DNA of 24,000 nucleotides from Rhodanobacter sp. (GTDB lineage Bacteria; Pseudomonadota; Gammaproteobacteria; Xanthomonadales; Rhodanobacteraceae): NCBI GenBank assembly GCA_022730075.1, contig DZBX01000014.1, positions 8,417 to 32,416 of the forward strand, read 5' to 3'. Shown piece by piece: positions 1 to 8,359 of this stretch (position 1 is its first letter; each line of letters starts with the position of its first letter). The notes under the pieces were generated by a model. It saw only the letters and a program-made list of their open reading frames with translations, ran no database searches and was not told where the DNA came from. The position numbers and the translations under genes were made by a program.

Positions 1-1026
1 GGGCGCGGGGGAACTGAGTGGGTACTTGCGCGCGAGTGGTGCCTGTACGCGAATCTGGCGTGCGCGCAGGTGCCGGTTGCGCGCCGCAGGGATTTCATCT
101 CCACCCAGGTGCGCAAGCTGGCGCCATTCGATGATCCGGAGTGGCACGCCGCGTACGCGGGCGACTTTGCGCAAGTCTGGATATGGTCGCGCGCTGCGGT
201 GCGCGCGGGCACCGATTTCGCGGCGGACGCGCGCCGCCTGCAATGCCTGCCGGAATCCGTGCTGCGTGGCGAGCCACGCAGCAGCGGGACTGAACTGCTG
301 AGCGATCACGAAGGCTGCGAAGGGCGTTGCTGGAAAGACGGCAATCTCGTCGCCAGCACCTGGTGGCCGCAGTTGCCGGGCGCGAACGAGTGGGCAGCAT
401 TCTGCCGCAGCGCCGGCTTGCAGCCGGACGCGGTACCGGAACCGCTGGATTTGCCCATGTCGGAACAGGCGTGGTCGCAGACTTCCTCGGTGGCGCAGTG
501 GGGGCAGACCCTGAGCCATTACCGGCGCGAGGCGATTCTTGCCGCTGTTGCATTGCTGGTGCTGCTGTTCGCCATGCAGTTGGGTAGCATCGCGCACTTG
601 TGGTGGGCGCGACATGGGGTACAACGGCAACTGGTCACCGAGCGCAACGCGATCAGCGACGTACTGGCGGCGCGTAATCGCGCCGAGATTGCACGTGCCG
701 CATCCGAGCAATTGATGGCGCTGCACGACAAACCCTCGCAGCTCGCGCTGATCGCGGGCGTCAGCGCGCATCTGCCCGGCACTGGCTGGACGATCGTGCA
801 GTGGTTCGCACCGGATCCACGGCACATCGAAATCACGCTGAGCAGCGCGCGTCCCGATCCACCCGCCATCGTGCGCGCATTGGAAGGCAGCGGCGTCTTG
901 CATAAAGTCACCGCCAATCTGGCGCAAAGCTCAAGCAATGAGTTATTGATACGCGCCGTGGTCGGCGACCGTGCCGACACCGGCGCCAGCGAAGCCGTCA
1001 CGGCGGATGGCGGCGACGGCCCATGA
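1..1026 (+). CDS. GspL-like type II secretion inner-membrane platform protein; 5' end probably lies beyond the window edge
   Basis: Frame 1 is open from nt 1, with no stop before the GTG at 70, so the gene likely starts upstream. A single central TM helix (AILAAVALLVLLFAMQLGSIAHLWW) separates a cytoplasmic part from a ~130-aa periplasmic part, which is GspL-type topology. The stop overlaps the next start (ATGA at 1023-1026). The gene lies three positions upstream of a secretin. The call rests on topology and position, not on a recognised motif. Confidence 0.5.
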   Translation, partial: GRGGTEWVLAREWCLYANLACAQVPVARRRDFISTQVRKLAPFDDPEWHAAYAGDFAQVWIWSRAAVRAGTDFAADARRLQCLPESVLRGEPRSSGTELLSDHEGCEGRCWKDGNLVASTWWPQLPGANEWAAFCRSAGLQPDAVPEPLDLPMSEQAWSQTSSVAQWGQTLSHYRREAILAAVALLVLLFAMQLGSIAHLWWARHGVQRQLVTERNAISDVLAARNRAEIARAASEQLMALHDKPSQLALIAGVSAHLPGTGWTIVQWFAPDPRHIEITLSSARPDPPAIVRALEGSGVLHKVTANLAQSSSNELLIRAVVGDRADTGASEAVTADGGDGP

Positions 1027-1604
1027 CCACCCTGCAAGATCTGCGCAACGAAGTACGCGCAAAACCCGCGCTGGGGATCGGCTTGGGCCTGATCGCGGTG
1101 CTGGCGCTGGCCTATGCCTACGGGTTTGCCAATCAGGCGCGCAACAATGCGGCGCAGGCCTACCTGGAAGACGTCGCCGAGCTGCAGAAGATCAAGCTGC
1201 TGGCGCAGCAAAAGGATTGGCCGCAGCGCGCCAAGGACGCGCAGGCCCTTCAATCCGGGTTGCAAGCCGCGATCCCGCGCAGTGACAGCATCGGCCTGGC
1301 CCAGGCGACCCAAGCGGCCTGGTTGCGCAGCGCGATTCTGCCCTTTGCACCCAGGGTGAACGTGGTCATGGGCCAGCCCACCAAGGTCGATGGGTTGGCG
1401 GGATATTGGAAGGTGCCCGCCGACATCAATGCCCAGGTGAATGCAGCGCGCGCCGTGCAGATCCTGCAGCGCGTCGAAGGCACGACCAATTTGATGTATG
1501 TGCAGTCACTGCGCATCGTCAATACCGCCAGTCCCGGCCTGCAAATGAGCGTGGTCGCCTATTACCGCATCGTGCGCGGCGCGGAGCGCCAGAATGGCGC
1601 TTGA
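1023..1604 (+). CDS. GspM-like type II secretion protein (bitopic inner-membrane protein)
   Basis: 193 aa. An N-terminal TM helix (LGIGLGLIAVLALAYAYGF) is followed by a ~150-aa periplasmic domain. Size, topology and position between the L-like and C/N-like genes fit GspM/PilO. The gene is coupled to both neighbours by overlapping start and stop codons. Confidence 0.5.
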   Translation: MTTLQDLRNEVRAKPALGIGLGLIAVLALAYAYGFANQARNNAAQAYLEDVAELQKIKLLAQQKDWPQRAKDAQALQSGLQAAIPRSDSIGLAQATQAAWLRSAILPFAPRVNVVMGQPTKVDGLAGYWKVPADINAQVNAARAVQILQRVEGTTNLMYVQSLRIVNTASPGLQMSVVAYYRIVRGAERQNGA

Positions 1605-2151
1605 CGGCATGCAGCAGCGATTGCGCTGGGGTGCGCTTGCCGTCGTGCTGATCGGCTTGCTCGCGGGCGCCTGGCTATTGCCGCCGCCATCAACGAGCAG
1701 GCTGGTCGGCACGCTGGCCCCCTGGCGTTTGCCGCAGTTTCCGGACAAGGACCTGCGCTATGCGGACCGCGACTTGGTCCAGATCGGCAGGCGCATGCCG
1801 TTCGGCCGCCAGTCCAGTGCCACGGCGGCCGCCGGCGCCGCGGCGGGCAACGCTGCTGCGCGGGCGACGCGCTTGCTGGCGATCATCATGGCGCCACAAC
1901 AGCAGGCGCTGATCATTCAGGATGGTCAGACACATGTCCGGCGATACTCTGTCGGGGACAAACTCGACAACGGTGCGGTATTGACCCGCATCGAGCCCAC
2001 GCAGATCGAACTGAGCGCTGGCGCGTGCCATCTCAAGGTGTATTTGTTTGGCCGGCATGCCGCCAATGTCATACCCACCCCGCTTTGCGATGGCGCATCC
2101 GGCGCCCGCGCAAAAGCAACCGCTGCAATGCCTGTGGAATCGCATCGATGA
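1594..2151 (+). CDS. GspC/XpsN-like secretin-interacting inner-membrane protein
   Basis: 185 aa. It has an N-terminal TM helix (WGALAVVLIGLLAGAWLL) and an Ala-rich linker. The C-terminal beta-rich segment (LLAIIMAPQQQALIIQDGQTHVRRYSVGDKLDNGAVLTRIEPTQIELS) resembles the HR/PilP-like domain. No PDZ domain is evident. The TGA stop overlaps the secretin ATG (ATGA at 2148-2151). An alternative start exists at 1609. Confidence 0.45.
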   Translation: MALDGMQQRLRWGALAVVLIGLLAGAWLLPPPSTSRLVGTLAPWRLPQFPDKDLRYADRDLVQIGRRMPFGRQSSATAAAGAAAGNAAARATRLLAIIMAPQQQALIIQDGQTHVRRYSVGDKLDNGAVLTRIEPTQIELSAGACHLKVYLFGRHAANVIPTPLCDGASGARAKATAAMPVESHR

Positions 2152-4286
2152 AGTTGAAACACCTCGGTCTGTTGCTGCTACCGCTGATGCTGGCCGCATG
2201 CCAGACCACGACCACGAAAATGCAACTGCCGACGCCCTTTCCCGCGCCGCAGGCCCAGCGCACCTTGACTGCCAGCAATGGCCACATCCAGCCCAGGCTC
2301 AGTTTGAAGGTGAGCGAGACACCCCAGGTCAATGTGCCGACCGAAGCCGTCAGCGCCGTGGAATTGAACGGCGAGGAACCCAAGCTCAGCGGCGCGCCGA
2401 TCAATGTCTCGATCGAGAACATGGCGCTGCCGGCCTTCATCAACGAGGTCTACGCCAATATCCTGCATCTCAATTTCCAGGTCGATCCGGCGGTTGCCAA
2501 GCTGACCGATCTGGTAACCCTGCGCATTCCCAAGAAAACCTCGCCGCAGGATTTCTACCGCCTGATCGCCACGGTACTGCGCTCGTATGGCCTCGCCGCG
2601 CACTGGACCGGCACCGTGGTACAGATCGAACCGGTGCAAGCCACGGTCGGCAGTGAGCCGCCATTGATCATCAGCGGACGCACCCTGCCCTCGGTGCCGC
2701 AAAGTCATCGTCCGATCTTCCAGATGGTTGACCTGGAATACGTGCGCGCATCGGACGTGGTCAATTGGCTCAAGGTTGCCTACAAGATCAACGGCCTTAC
2801 CATCGAGAGCGATGTCAACCGCAACTCGGTGGTGCTGTATGGCAAGCCATCGGTGGTGATCCAGGCCGCGCAAGCGATCGCGGTGCTGGACCGCCCCTAT
2901 CTGCGCGGCCATTACAGCGTGCGCCTGACACCGGCGTTCATGAGTGCACGTGACCTCGCCGCGCACCTCACTGAAATCCTCAACGCCGAGGGTTACGCAG
3001 CGAGCAATGTCATCTCGCCCAATACAAGCGTGCTGGTCATCCCGATCAACAGCGTGAATGCGGTGATCGTGTTCGCACCCAGTCAATCGATCATCAACCA
3101 TGTGGTGGAGTGGGCGCACACGATCGACAAGCCTGCGCCGACATCGGGTACCAATGACTTCTTCTACTACCAGGTCGAGAACACGCGCGCGGCTGACATT
3201 GCCGGCGTATTGCAGGGTCAATCCAGCAGCCGTGGCCCGACGGCCGCGCCCATGGCACCCGCGCCCGGAGCCGCCGCCACGCCACAAGCCAGTACTTCAG
3301 GTGGCTTGGGGGGAATCGGACAACTCGTCGTGGATGCTTCGCGCAACGGTCTGATTTTTCGTGGCAGCGCCGATGAATGGGCACGCTTGTTGCCGCTGAT
3401 CAAGGAGATGGACAAACCGGCGCGCCAGGTGATGGTCGAGGTGACGATCGCCGAGGTGACCCTGGACAAGAACGATCAGTTTGGCGTGAACTGGCAGGCT
3501 GGAAAATGGACCGTCGGCACACTGGGCTCGTCCACGCCGACCACGGGGACAACTGGCACACCCAGCACCGGCACCACCAGCGGCGGCGGTGGACTGACTT
3601 ACCTGCTCGATGTCGCCGGACAGAATAGGGCCCAACTGCAGGCCCTGGCGGCCGACTCGCGTGTATCGATCCTGTCCACGCCGCGCATCCTCGTGACCAG
3701 TGGCTCGAACGCCAGCATCGACGTGGGCACCCAAGTACCCATCATCACTTCGCAGACCACTGCCAGCCAGACCACGTCGGGCACCTCGAACTTGTTGCAG
3801 TCCGTCGAATACCGCAATACCGGTGTGCTGCTCACGGTCAAACCCACCGTGCTATCCAACAACCGCGTCGATCTGGACATCAGCCAGGAGGACAGCCAGG
3901 CACAGCCCATCGCCAGTGGTTCGGGCGTCGCTTCGCCGTCCATTTTCCAGCGCAAGATCAAGACCACACTGACCCTGCGCGATGGCGGCTCGGTGGTATT
4001 GGGTGGACTCGTTTCCAACCAGGTCACGACGAGTAACTCCGGGGTGCCGTTCCTCAAGGACATCCCCGTTCTCGGCAATTTGTTCAAGTCCAGTTCGCGC
4101 GATAACCAGCGCACCGAGCTGGTCGTGATCATCGTGCCGTACATCATCGAAAACAGCGATCAGGCCGAGCAGATTACCCAGGACATCACCAAGGACCTGT
4201 CGCTGATCAGTCCGGCGAGCCTCAAGTCGGGTGGCAAGGTGCCGGCCGGCAAAACCGACGGCAAGGGTTCCGGCGATCAGCACTGA
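2148..4286 (+). CDS. gspD: Type II secretion secretin GspD/XpsD family, with a lipoprotein-type signal peptide
   Basis: The C-terminal secretin domain is unmistakable: VSILSTPRILVTSGSNASIDVGTQVPIITSQ ... GGSVVLGGLVSNQVTTSNSGVPFLKDIPVLGNLFKSSSRDNQRTELVVIIVPYII. N-terminal N0-N3-like repeats are present. The ATG at 2148 yields MKLKHLGLLLLPLMLAAC with lipobox L-A-A-C. The track ORF start at 2025 is an Arg/Cys-rich extension that overlaps the upstream gene. The protein is 712 aa. Confidence 0.9.
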   Translation: MKLKHLGLLLLPLMLAACQTTTTKMQLPTPFPAPQAQRTLTASNGHIQPRLSLKVSETPQVNVPTEAVSAVELNGEEPKLSGAPINVSIENMALPAFINEVYANILHLNFQVDPAVAKLTDLVTLRIPKKTSPQDFYRLIATVLRSYGLAAHWTGTVVQIEPVQATVGSEPPLIISGRTLPSVPQSHRPIFQMVDLEYVRASDVVNWLKVAYKINGLTIESDVNRNSVVLYGKPSVVIQAAQAIAVLDRPYLRGHYSVRLTPAFMSARDLAAHLTEILNAEGYAASNVISPNTSVLVIPINSVNAVIVFAPSQSIINHVVEWAHTIDKPAPTSGTNDFFYYQVENTRAADIAGVLQGQSSSRGPTAAPMAPAPGAAATPQASTSGGLGGIGQLVVDASRNGLIFRGSADEWARLLPLIKEMDKPARQVMVEVTIAEVTLDKNDQFGVNWQAGKWTVGTLGSSTPTTGTTGTPSTGTTSGGGGLTYLLDVAGQNRAQLQALAADSRVSILSTPRILVTSGSNASIDVGTQVPIITSQTTASQTTSGTSNLLQSVEYRNTGVLLTVKPTVLSNNRVDLDISQEDSQAQPIASGSGVASPSIFQRKIKTTLTLRDGGSVVLGGLVSNQVTTSNSGVPFLKDIPVLGNLFKSSSRDNQRTELVVIIVPYIIENSDQAEQITQDITKDLSLISPASLKSGGKVPAGKTDGKGSGDQH

Positions 4287-4412
4287 GCGATTCGATACCA
4301 ACCCAGCCAACCGCGCATCGGCGCAACGCGCAAAGTACGCGCTCGCCGCGCATGCAATCGCCGCGTCGGTTTCATCGTGAGACTTGCGCTCTGCGCGAGT
4401 TGACTCGCCGGC

Positions 4413-5780
4413 TCAGTTCACCCGCCGCCTGAGGTAATTGAGCAGGTCGATGCGCGTGATCAGGCCGAGGAACTTCGGGCCGTCCATGACGATGGCGATA
4501 TGGCCGCGGTCGAACACCGGCATCAGGCTGGAGACCGGGGTGCGCATGTCGACGAACTCGAGCGTGCGGACCATGGCGGTGGACACCGGATCGGCGAAGC
4601 GCGCGCTGTCGGCGTGCACGTGCATGAGCAGGTCGGATTCGTCGAGGATGCCGACGATGCGCTCGCCGTCCATCACCGGCAGTTGCGAGACGTCGTAGAG
4701 CTTCATGCGCTGGTAGGCCACGGTGAGCGGTTCGTGCGGGCCGATCACCACGGTGTCGCGCTGCGCGTAGGGGCGCAGGATCAGGTCGCGCAGGTCGCCG
4801 TGCTGGGTGCGTTCGAGAAAACCATTGTCCAGCATCCAGTAATCGTTGAACTGCTTGGACAGGTACTTGTTGCCGGTGTCGCAGACGAACACCACCACGC
4901 GCTTGGGCGTGCTCTGCGCGCGGCAGTATTTGAGCGCCGCGGCCAGCAGCGTGCCGGTGGAACTGCCGCCCAGCACGCCTTCTTTTTCCAACAGCAGGCG
5001 CGCGGTGAGAAAGCTTTCCTTGTCGCTGATCGCGTAGGCCTTCTTCACGCGCGAGAAATCGCTGATCGAGGGCAGGAAATCCTCGCCGATGCCCTCGACC
5101 ATCCAGCTCGCGGATTTGGTCGACAGCGTGCCGTCGTTGATGTACTGCGCGAGGATCGAGCCGACCGGATCGGCCAGGATCAGCTCGGTCGCCGGCGAAA
5201 GCCTGGCGAAGCAGCGCGACAGGCCGGTCATCGTGCCCGAGCTGCCGCAGCCGAACACGATGGCGTCGAGGCGCCCGTCCATCTGCTCGAGGATCTCGGG
5301 GCCGGTGATTTCCTCGTGCGCGGCCGGGTTGTCGGGGTTGCCGAACTGGTTGATGAAATACGCGCCCGGGGTGCGCTCGGCCAGCGCCTTGGCCATGTCC
5401 TGGTAGTACTCGGGGTGGCCCTTGGCCACGTCGGAGCGGGTCAGGATCACCTCGGCGCCCATGGCCTTGAGGTTGAAGATCTTCTCGCGGCTCATCTTGT
5501 CGGGCACCACCAGCAGCAGCCGGTAGCCCTTCTGCTGCGCCACCAGCGCCAGACCGATGCCGGTGTTGCCGGCGGTACCCTCGACCAGCGTATCGCCCGG
5601 CTTGATGCGGCCCGCCTGCTCGGCGCGCTCGATCATCACCAGGCCGATGCGGTCCTTGATCGAGCCGCCGGGGTTGGTGCATTCCAGCTTGAGAAACAGC
5701 TCACAGCGACCGCTATCGAGGTGCTGCGCCTTGAGCATCGGCGTGGCGCCGATCAGTTCGAGCACGGACTGGTGGATCAT
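4413..5780 (-). CDS. Cystathionine beta-synthase-type enzyme (PLP-dependent cysteine synthase fold plus C-terminal CBS-domain pair)
   Basis: Carries the PLP-lysine motif NPGGSIKDR and GTAGNTGIGLA. The C-terminal tandem CBS domains include VSQLPVMDGERIVGILDESDLL and GHIAIVMDGPKFLGLITRIDLL. Start is set at the internal Met (MIHQSVLELIGATP, cat at 5778-5780). The 47-aa upstream extension in the track looks non-coding. The protein is 455 aa. Confidence 0.85.
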   Translation of the reverse strand: MIHQSVLELIGATPMLKAQHLDSGRCELFLKLECTNPGGSIKDRIGLVMIERAEQAGRIKPGDTLVEGTAGNTGIGLALVAQQKGYRLLLVVPDKMSREKIFNLKAMGAEVILTRSDVAKGHPEYYQDMAKALAERTPGAYFINQFGNPDNPAAHEEITGPEILEQMDGRLDAIVFGCGSSGTMTGLSRCFARLSPATELILADPVGSILAQYINDGTLSTKSASWMVEGIGEDFLPSISDFSRVKKAYAISDKESFLTARLLLEKEGVLGGSSTGTLLAAALKYCRAQSTPKRVVVFVCDTGNKYLSKQFNDYWMLDNGFLERTQHGDLRDLILRPYAQRDTVVIGPHEPLTVAYQRMKLYDVSQLPVMDGERIVGILDESDLLMHVHADSARFADPVSTAMVRTLEFVDMRTPVSSLMPVFDRGHIAIVMDGPKFLGLITRIDLLNYLRRRVN

Positions 5781-5949
5781 GCGGATGGACCTCGGAAGTG
5801 GGCACGGGCCGCGCGAAGAAAAGCCTCCAAAACACCACCCGGGGTTTTCGAGATTGCCATATGCAACCGCCGCGCAATGGCCGCGGCGGCTGATCGGGGA
5901 CCACGCGTGGCGGTCCTGCATGATAGCGGCGTGCGCCGCGCGACGCGCC

Positions 5950-6177
5950 TCAGTGCGCGGGCACGCGCGCGTCCTGCCACATGCGCAGCAGACGTTCCTT
6001 GGCGACCATTTTCTCGCGCTTCATGCCGTTGAGCGTGGTGCCATCCATCGGCAGCACGCCGATCTCGGCATCATGCACCTTGCTGTCCAGCTCGCGGTGG
6101 CGCAGGAACAGGCGCCGGAATTCGATATTGGCCTTCATCATGGCTTCGATGTCTTCACGCGGATGATTTTCGAACAT
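5950..6177 (-). CDS. DUF465 (YdcH-like) small protein
   Basis: The 75-aa product MFENHPREDIEAMMKANIEFRRLFLRHRELDSKVHDAEIG... matches the DUF465 pattern (F..L...H..LD..I). Start is set at the Met at 6177. The upstream 70 aa of the track ORF are Arg/Pro/Ala-rich junk. Confidence 0.7.
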   Translation of the reverse strand: MFENHPREDIEAMMKANIEFRRLFLRHRELDSKVHDAEIGVLPMDGTTLNGMKREKMVAKERLLRMWQDARVPAH

Positions 6178-6523
6178 CGTGCGACCTCCATAAGGTTGAT
6201 GAATCACAGGTACGAAGCCCGCTCCCGCCGGGAGAAGGTGGCGTGCAGCGCCGGGTGAGGATTGGTGGGGCGTGCGCGCAGACACCGCCCGCCCGGCATG
6301 GCGGTGTCGCTGGAGTTTGCTGGCTTGGCGCGGCCTGCACACCACCCCGCCGGCTGTGCGGCAGGGCAACGGTGGCAGGCGGCGCAATGCATATCGGCGG
6401 GCTTCACGACTCCCGCGGGGAGGATGCCCCGCGGACTTTGGACGCTACTCCCCGGCATCGGCACTGACAAGTACCGGAAGCTGACCAGCGCGGCGCGTGT
6501 TGCTGCCGGTCACACAGTGATCA

Positions 6524-6660
6524 GTTTGCAAAACCGGGCATCCTGCCGCGGTTTGCAAACAAACGGGCGCGGCAGAGCCGCGCCACCTTTGTCGCGACAA
6601 GCACTTGCGTGCTCGTCGCGGCGGCACATCCTTGTGCCGGAGCGGTTTTGCAAACCGCTC
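6524..6660. promoter_or_regulatory. Operator-like region upstream of prpD: three TTTGCAAA palindromes inside five consecutive hairpins
   Basis: TTTGCAAA, a perfect 8-bp palindrome, occurs at 6525-6532, 6552-6559 and 6647-6654. The hairpins are: 6524-6560 (arms GTTTGCAAAACCG/CGGTTTGCAAAC, one bulge); 6566-6584 (GGCGCGGC-AGA-GCCGCGCC); 6593-6620 (12 bp, one mismatch); 6622-6639 (7 bp); 6640-6660 (GAGCGGTTT-TGC-AAACCGCTC). The module GGCA..TCCT..TGCC-..GCGGTTT(T)GCAAAC occurs twice as a direct repeat (6537-6560 and 6623-6655). Confidence 0.5.
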
Positions 6661-6714
6661 TTCTGGCAAAATGGCGGGCTCGCAATTTGGCTTGGCCCAC
6701 CGATGGAGCTTGTC

Positions 6715-8166
6715 ATGTCCCAACACGATATCCGTTCCGCGCAACGTCCCGCGCCGGATGCGCCCATGGTTGCCATCGCCGATTATGTGGCCGATTACCA
6801 GATCAGCTCGCGTGGTGCCATCGATACCGCGCGTTACATGGTGATGGATTCGCTGGCTTGCGCCATGCTGGCGATGAAGTTTCCAGAGTGCGTCAAGCAC
6901 CTGGGTCCGCTGGTGTCTGGCGCGACCATGGCGGGCGGCGTGCGCGTGCCAGGCACCAGCCATGAACTGGATCCGGCGCAGGCGGCGTTCGCCATCGGTA
7001 CGCAGATCCGCTGGCTCGATTTCAACGACACCTGGCTGGCGGCGGAGTGGGGGCATCCATCCGACAACCTGGGCAGCATCCTGGCGATGGGTGACTATCT
7101 CGGACGCAAGGCCGAGCGCGAAGGCGGCATCGCGCCGACCATGCGCGATGTGCTGAATTATGCGGTGAAGGCCCATGAAATCCAGGGTGTGTACGCGCTG
7201 CAAAACAGCTTCAATCGTGTCGGTCTGGACCACGTGATCCTGGTGCGCCTGGCGTCAGCGGCGGTTGCCACGCATATGCTCGGAGGTGACAAGGGCGCCA
7301 TCATCACCGCCGTGTCGCATAGCTGGATCGACAACGGCGCACTGCGTACTTACCGCCATGCGCCGAACACCGGCCCGCGCAAGAGCTGGGCCGCCGGAGA
7401 TGCCTGCCGTCGCGCGGTGATCCACGCCATCAACGCGGTCGAGAAAGGGGTCGTCGGTTACCCATCGGCGCTGAGTGCCAAGACCTGGGGCTTCTACGAC
7501 GTCGCGTTCAATGGCAAGGTGTTCGAGTTCGAGCGTCCATTCGGCAGCTACGTGATGGAGAACGTCTTGTTCAAGATCAGCTACCCGGCCGAATTCCATG
7601 CACAAACTGCGGTGGAATGCGCCATGCGCCTGCATGCCGAGGTCGCGCCGCGCTTGCATGAGATCGAGCGCATCGAGATCGAAACCCAAGAGGCTGGGGC
7701 GCGCATCATCGACAAGACCGGGCCGTTGGCCAACTACGCCGACCGCGACCACTGCATCCAATACATGATAGCCGTGCCGCTGATCTTTGGCCGGCTCACC
7801 GCGGATGACTACGGCGACGGCGTTGCCGCCGACCCGCGCATCGACGCGCTGCGCGCCCGCATGACGGTGCGCGAAAATCCACAGTTCACGCGCGATTATT
7901 TCGATGCCGACAAGCGCTATATCGGCAACTCGGTGCAGGTGTTCTATCGCGACGGCAGCCACAGCGAGAAAGTGGCGATCGACTATCCGATCGGGCACCG
8001 CAAGCGCCGCGCCGAGGGGATTCCGGTATTGCTGCAGAAATTCGATGCTGCCTTGCGCGGACATCTACCGCAGCATCGCGTACAGCGCATCCTGGAGACG
8101 TGCGCCAGCGCGGAGCGCTTCGACGCCACGCCCGTGCATCGCTTCATGGACTTGTTCGCCATGTGA
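6715..8166 (+). CDS. prpD: 2-methylcitrate dehydratase (MmgE/PrpD family)
   Basis: Strong resemblance to enterobacterial PrpD: VRVPGTSHELDPAQAAFAIGTQIRWLDFNDTWLAAEWGHPSDNLGSILA. The ATG at 6715 is preceded by GGAG (6705-6708) and gives 483 aa, the canonical PrpD length. The ATG at 6703 is an alternative start. The track start at 6262 is a non-coding extension. Confidence 0.9.
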   Translation: MSQHDIRSAQRPAPDAPMVAIADYVADYQISSRGAIDTARYMVMDSLACAMLAMKFPECVKHLGPLVSGATMAGGVRVPGTSHELDPAQAAFAIGTQIRWLDFNDTWLAAEWGHPSDNLGSILAMGDYLGRKAEREGGIAPTMRDVLNYAVKAHEIQGVYALQNSFNRVGLDHVILVRLASAAVATHMLGGDKGAIITAVSHSWIDNGALRTYRHAPNTGPRKSWAAGDACRRAVIHAINAVEKGVVGYPSALSAKTWGFYDVAFNGKVFEFERPFGSYVMENVLFKISYPAEFHAQTAVECAMRLHAEVAPRLHEIERIEIETQEAGARIIDKTGPLANYADRDHCIQYMIAVPLIFGRLTADDYGDGVAADPRIDALRARMTVRENPQFTRDYFDADKRYIGNSVQVFYRDGSHSEKVAIDYPIGHRKRRAEGIPVLLQKFDAALRGHLPQHRVQRILETCASAERFDATPVHRFMDLFAM

Positions 8167-8359
8167 ACCCGCGTGCGCGCTATGCTTGACGCGAAACTGA
8201 ACAGGCGTGCCGATCCCGGATGCATTTGTTTGTTTTTTGCTAAGCTATCGCGGTTGCCGTGGGGTGTCTGCATCCGACTGGCAAGTCAAGAGTTCGAGTG
8301 TTTTAGCGTGGCGCCGACGCCAACCGAAACGGGCGCATCAACTGAACTAGGAGATTGCG

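Noticed and set aside
1-4286. Alternative reading of the first four genes as a type IV pilus or MSHA assembly block (PilMN/O/P/Q or MshI/J/K/L).
   Set aside because: The secretin is about 712 aa with multiple N-domains and is the last gene before a convergent unrelated gene. That fits the Xps/Gsp L-M-(C/N)-D layout better than msh or pil loci, where further assembly genes follow. The upstream genes lie outside the window, so this is not fully excluded, and the confidences for L, M and C are kept moderate.
6662-6690. Sigma-54-like string TGGCAAAATGGCGGGCTCGCAATTTGG upstream of prpD. It was tempting because many prp operons are sigma-54/PrpR dependent.
   Set aside because: Counting positions, no GG-N10-GC register places TTGC at -12, so the spacing does not fit the -24/-12 consensus. 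The fapA promoter, by contrast, fits exactly.
6262-6714. N-terminal extensions of track ORFs. The prpD ORF is drawn from 6262. Similar cases are the secretin from 2025, CBS from 5921, tesB from 12024, DLH from 13016, the activator from 14509, fapC from 17560, fapD from 18959, fapE from 19763 and the 154-aa protein from 23150.
   Set aside because: In each case an internal Met gives the canonical family length or a proper signal peptide. That Met is preceded by a Shine-Dalgarno sequence or overlaps the upstream stop. The extension itself is Arg/Pro/Cys-rich junk, or it overlaps the neighbouring gene.
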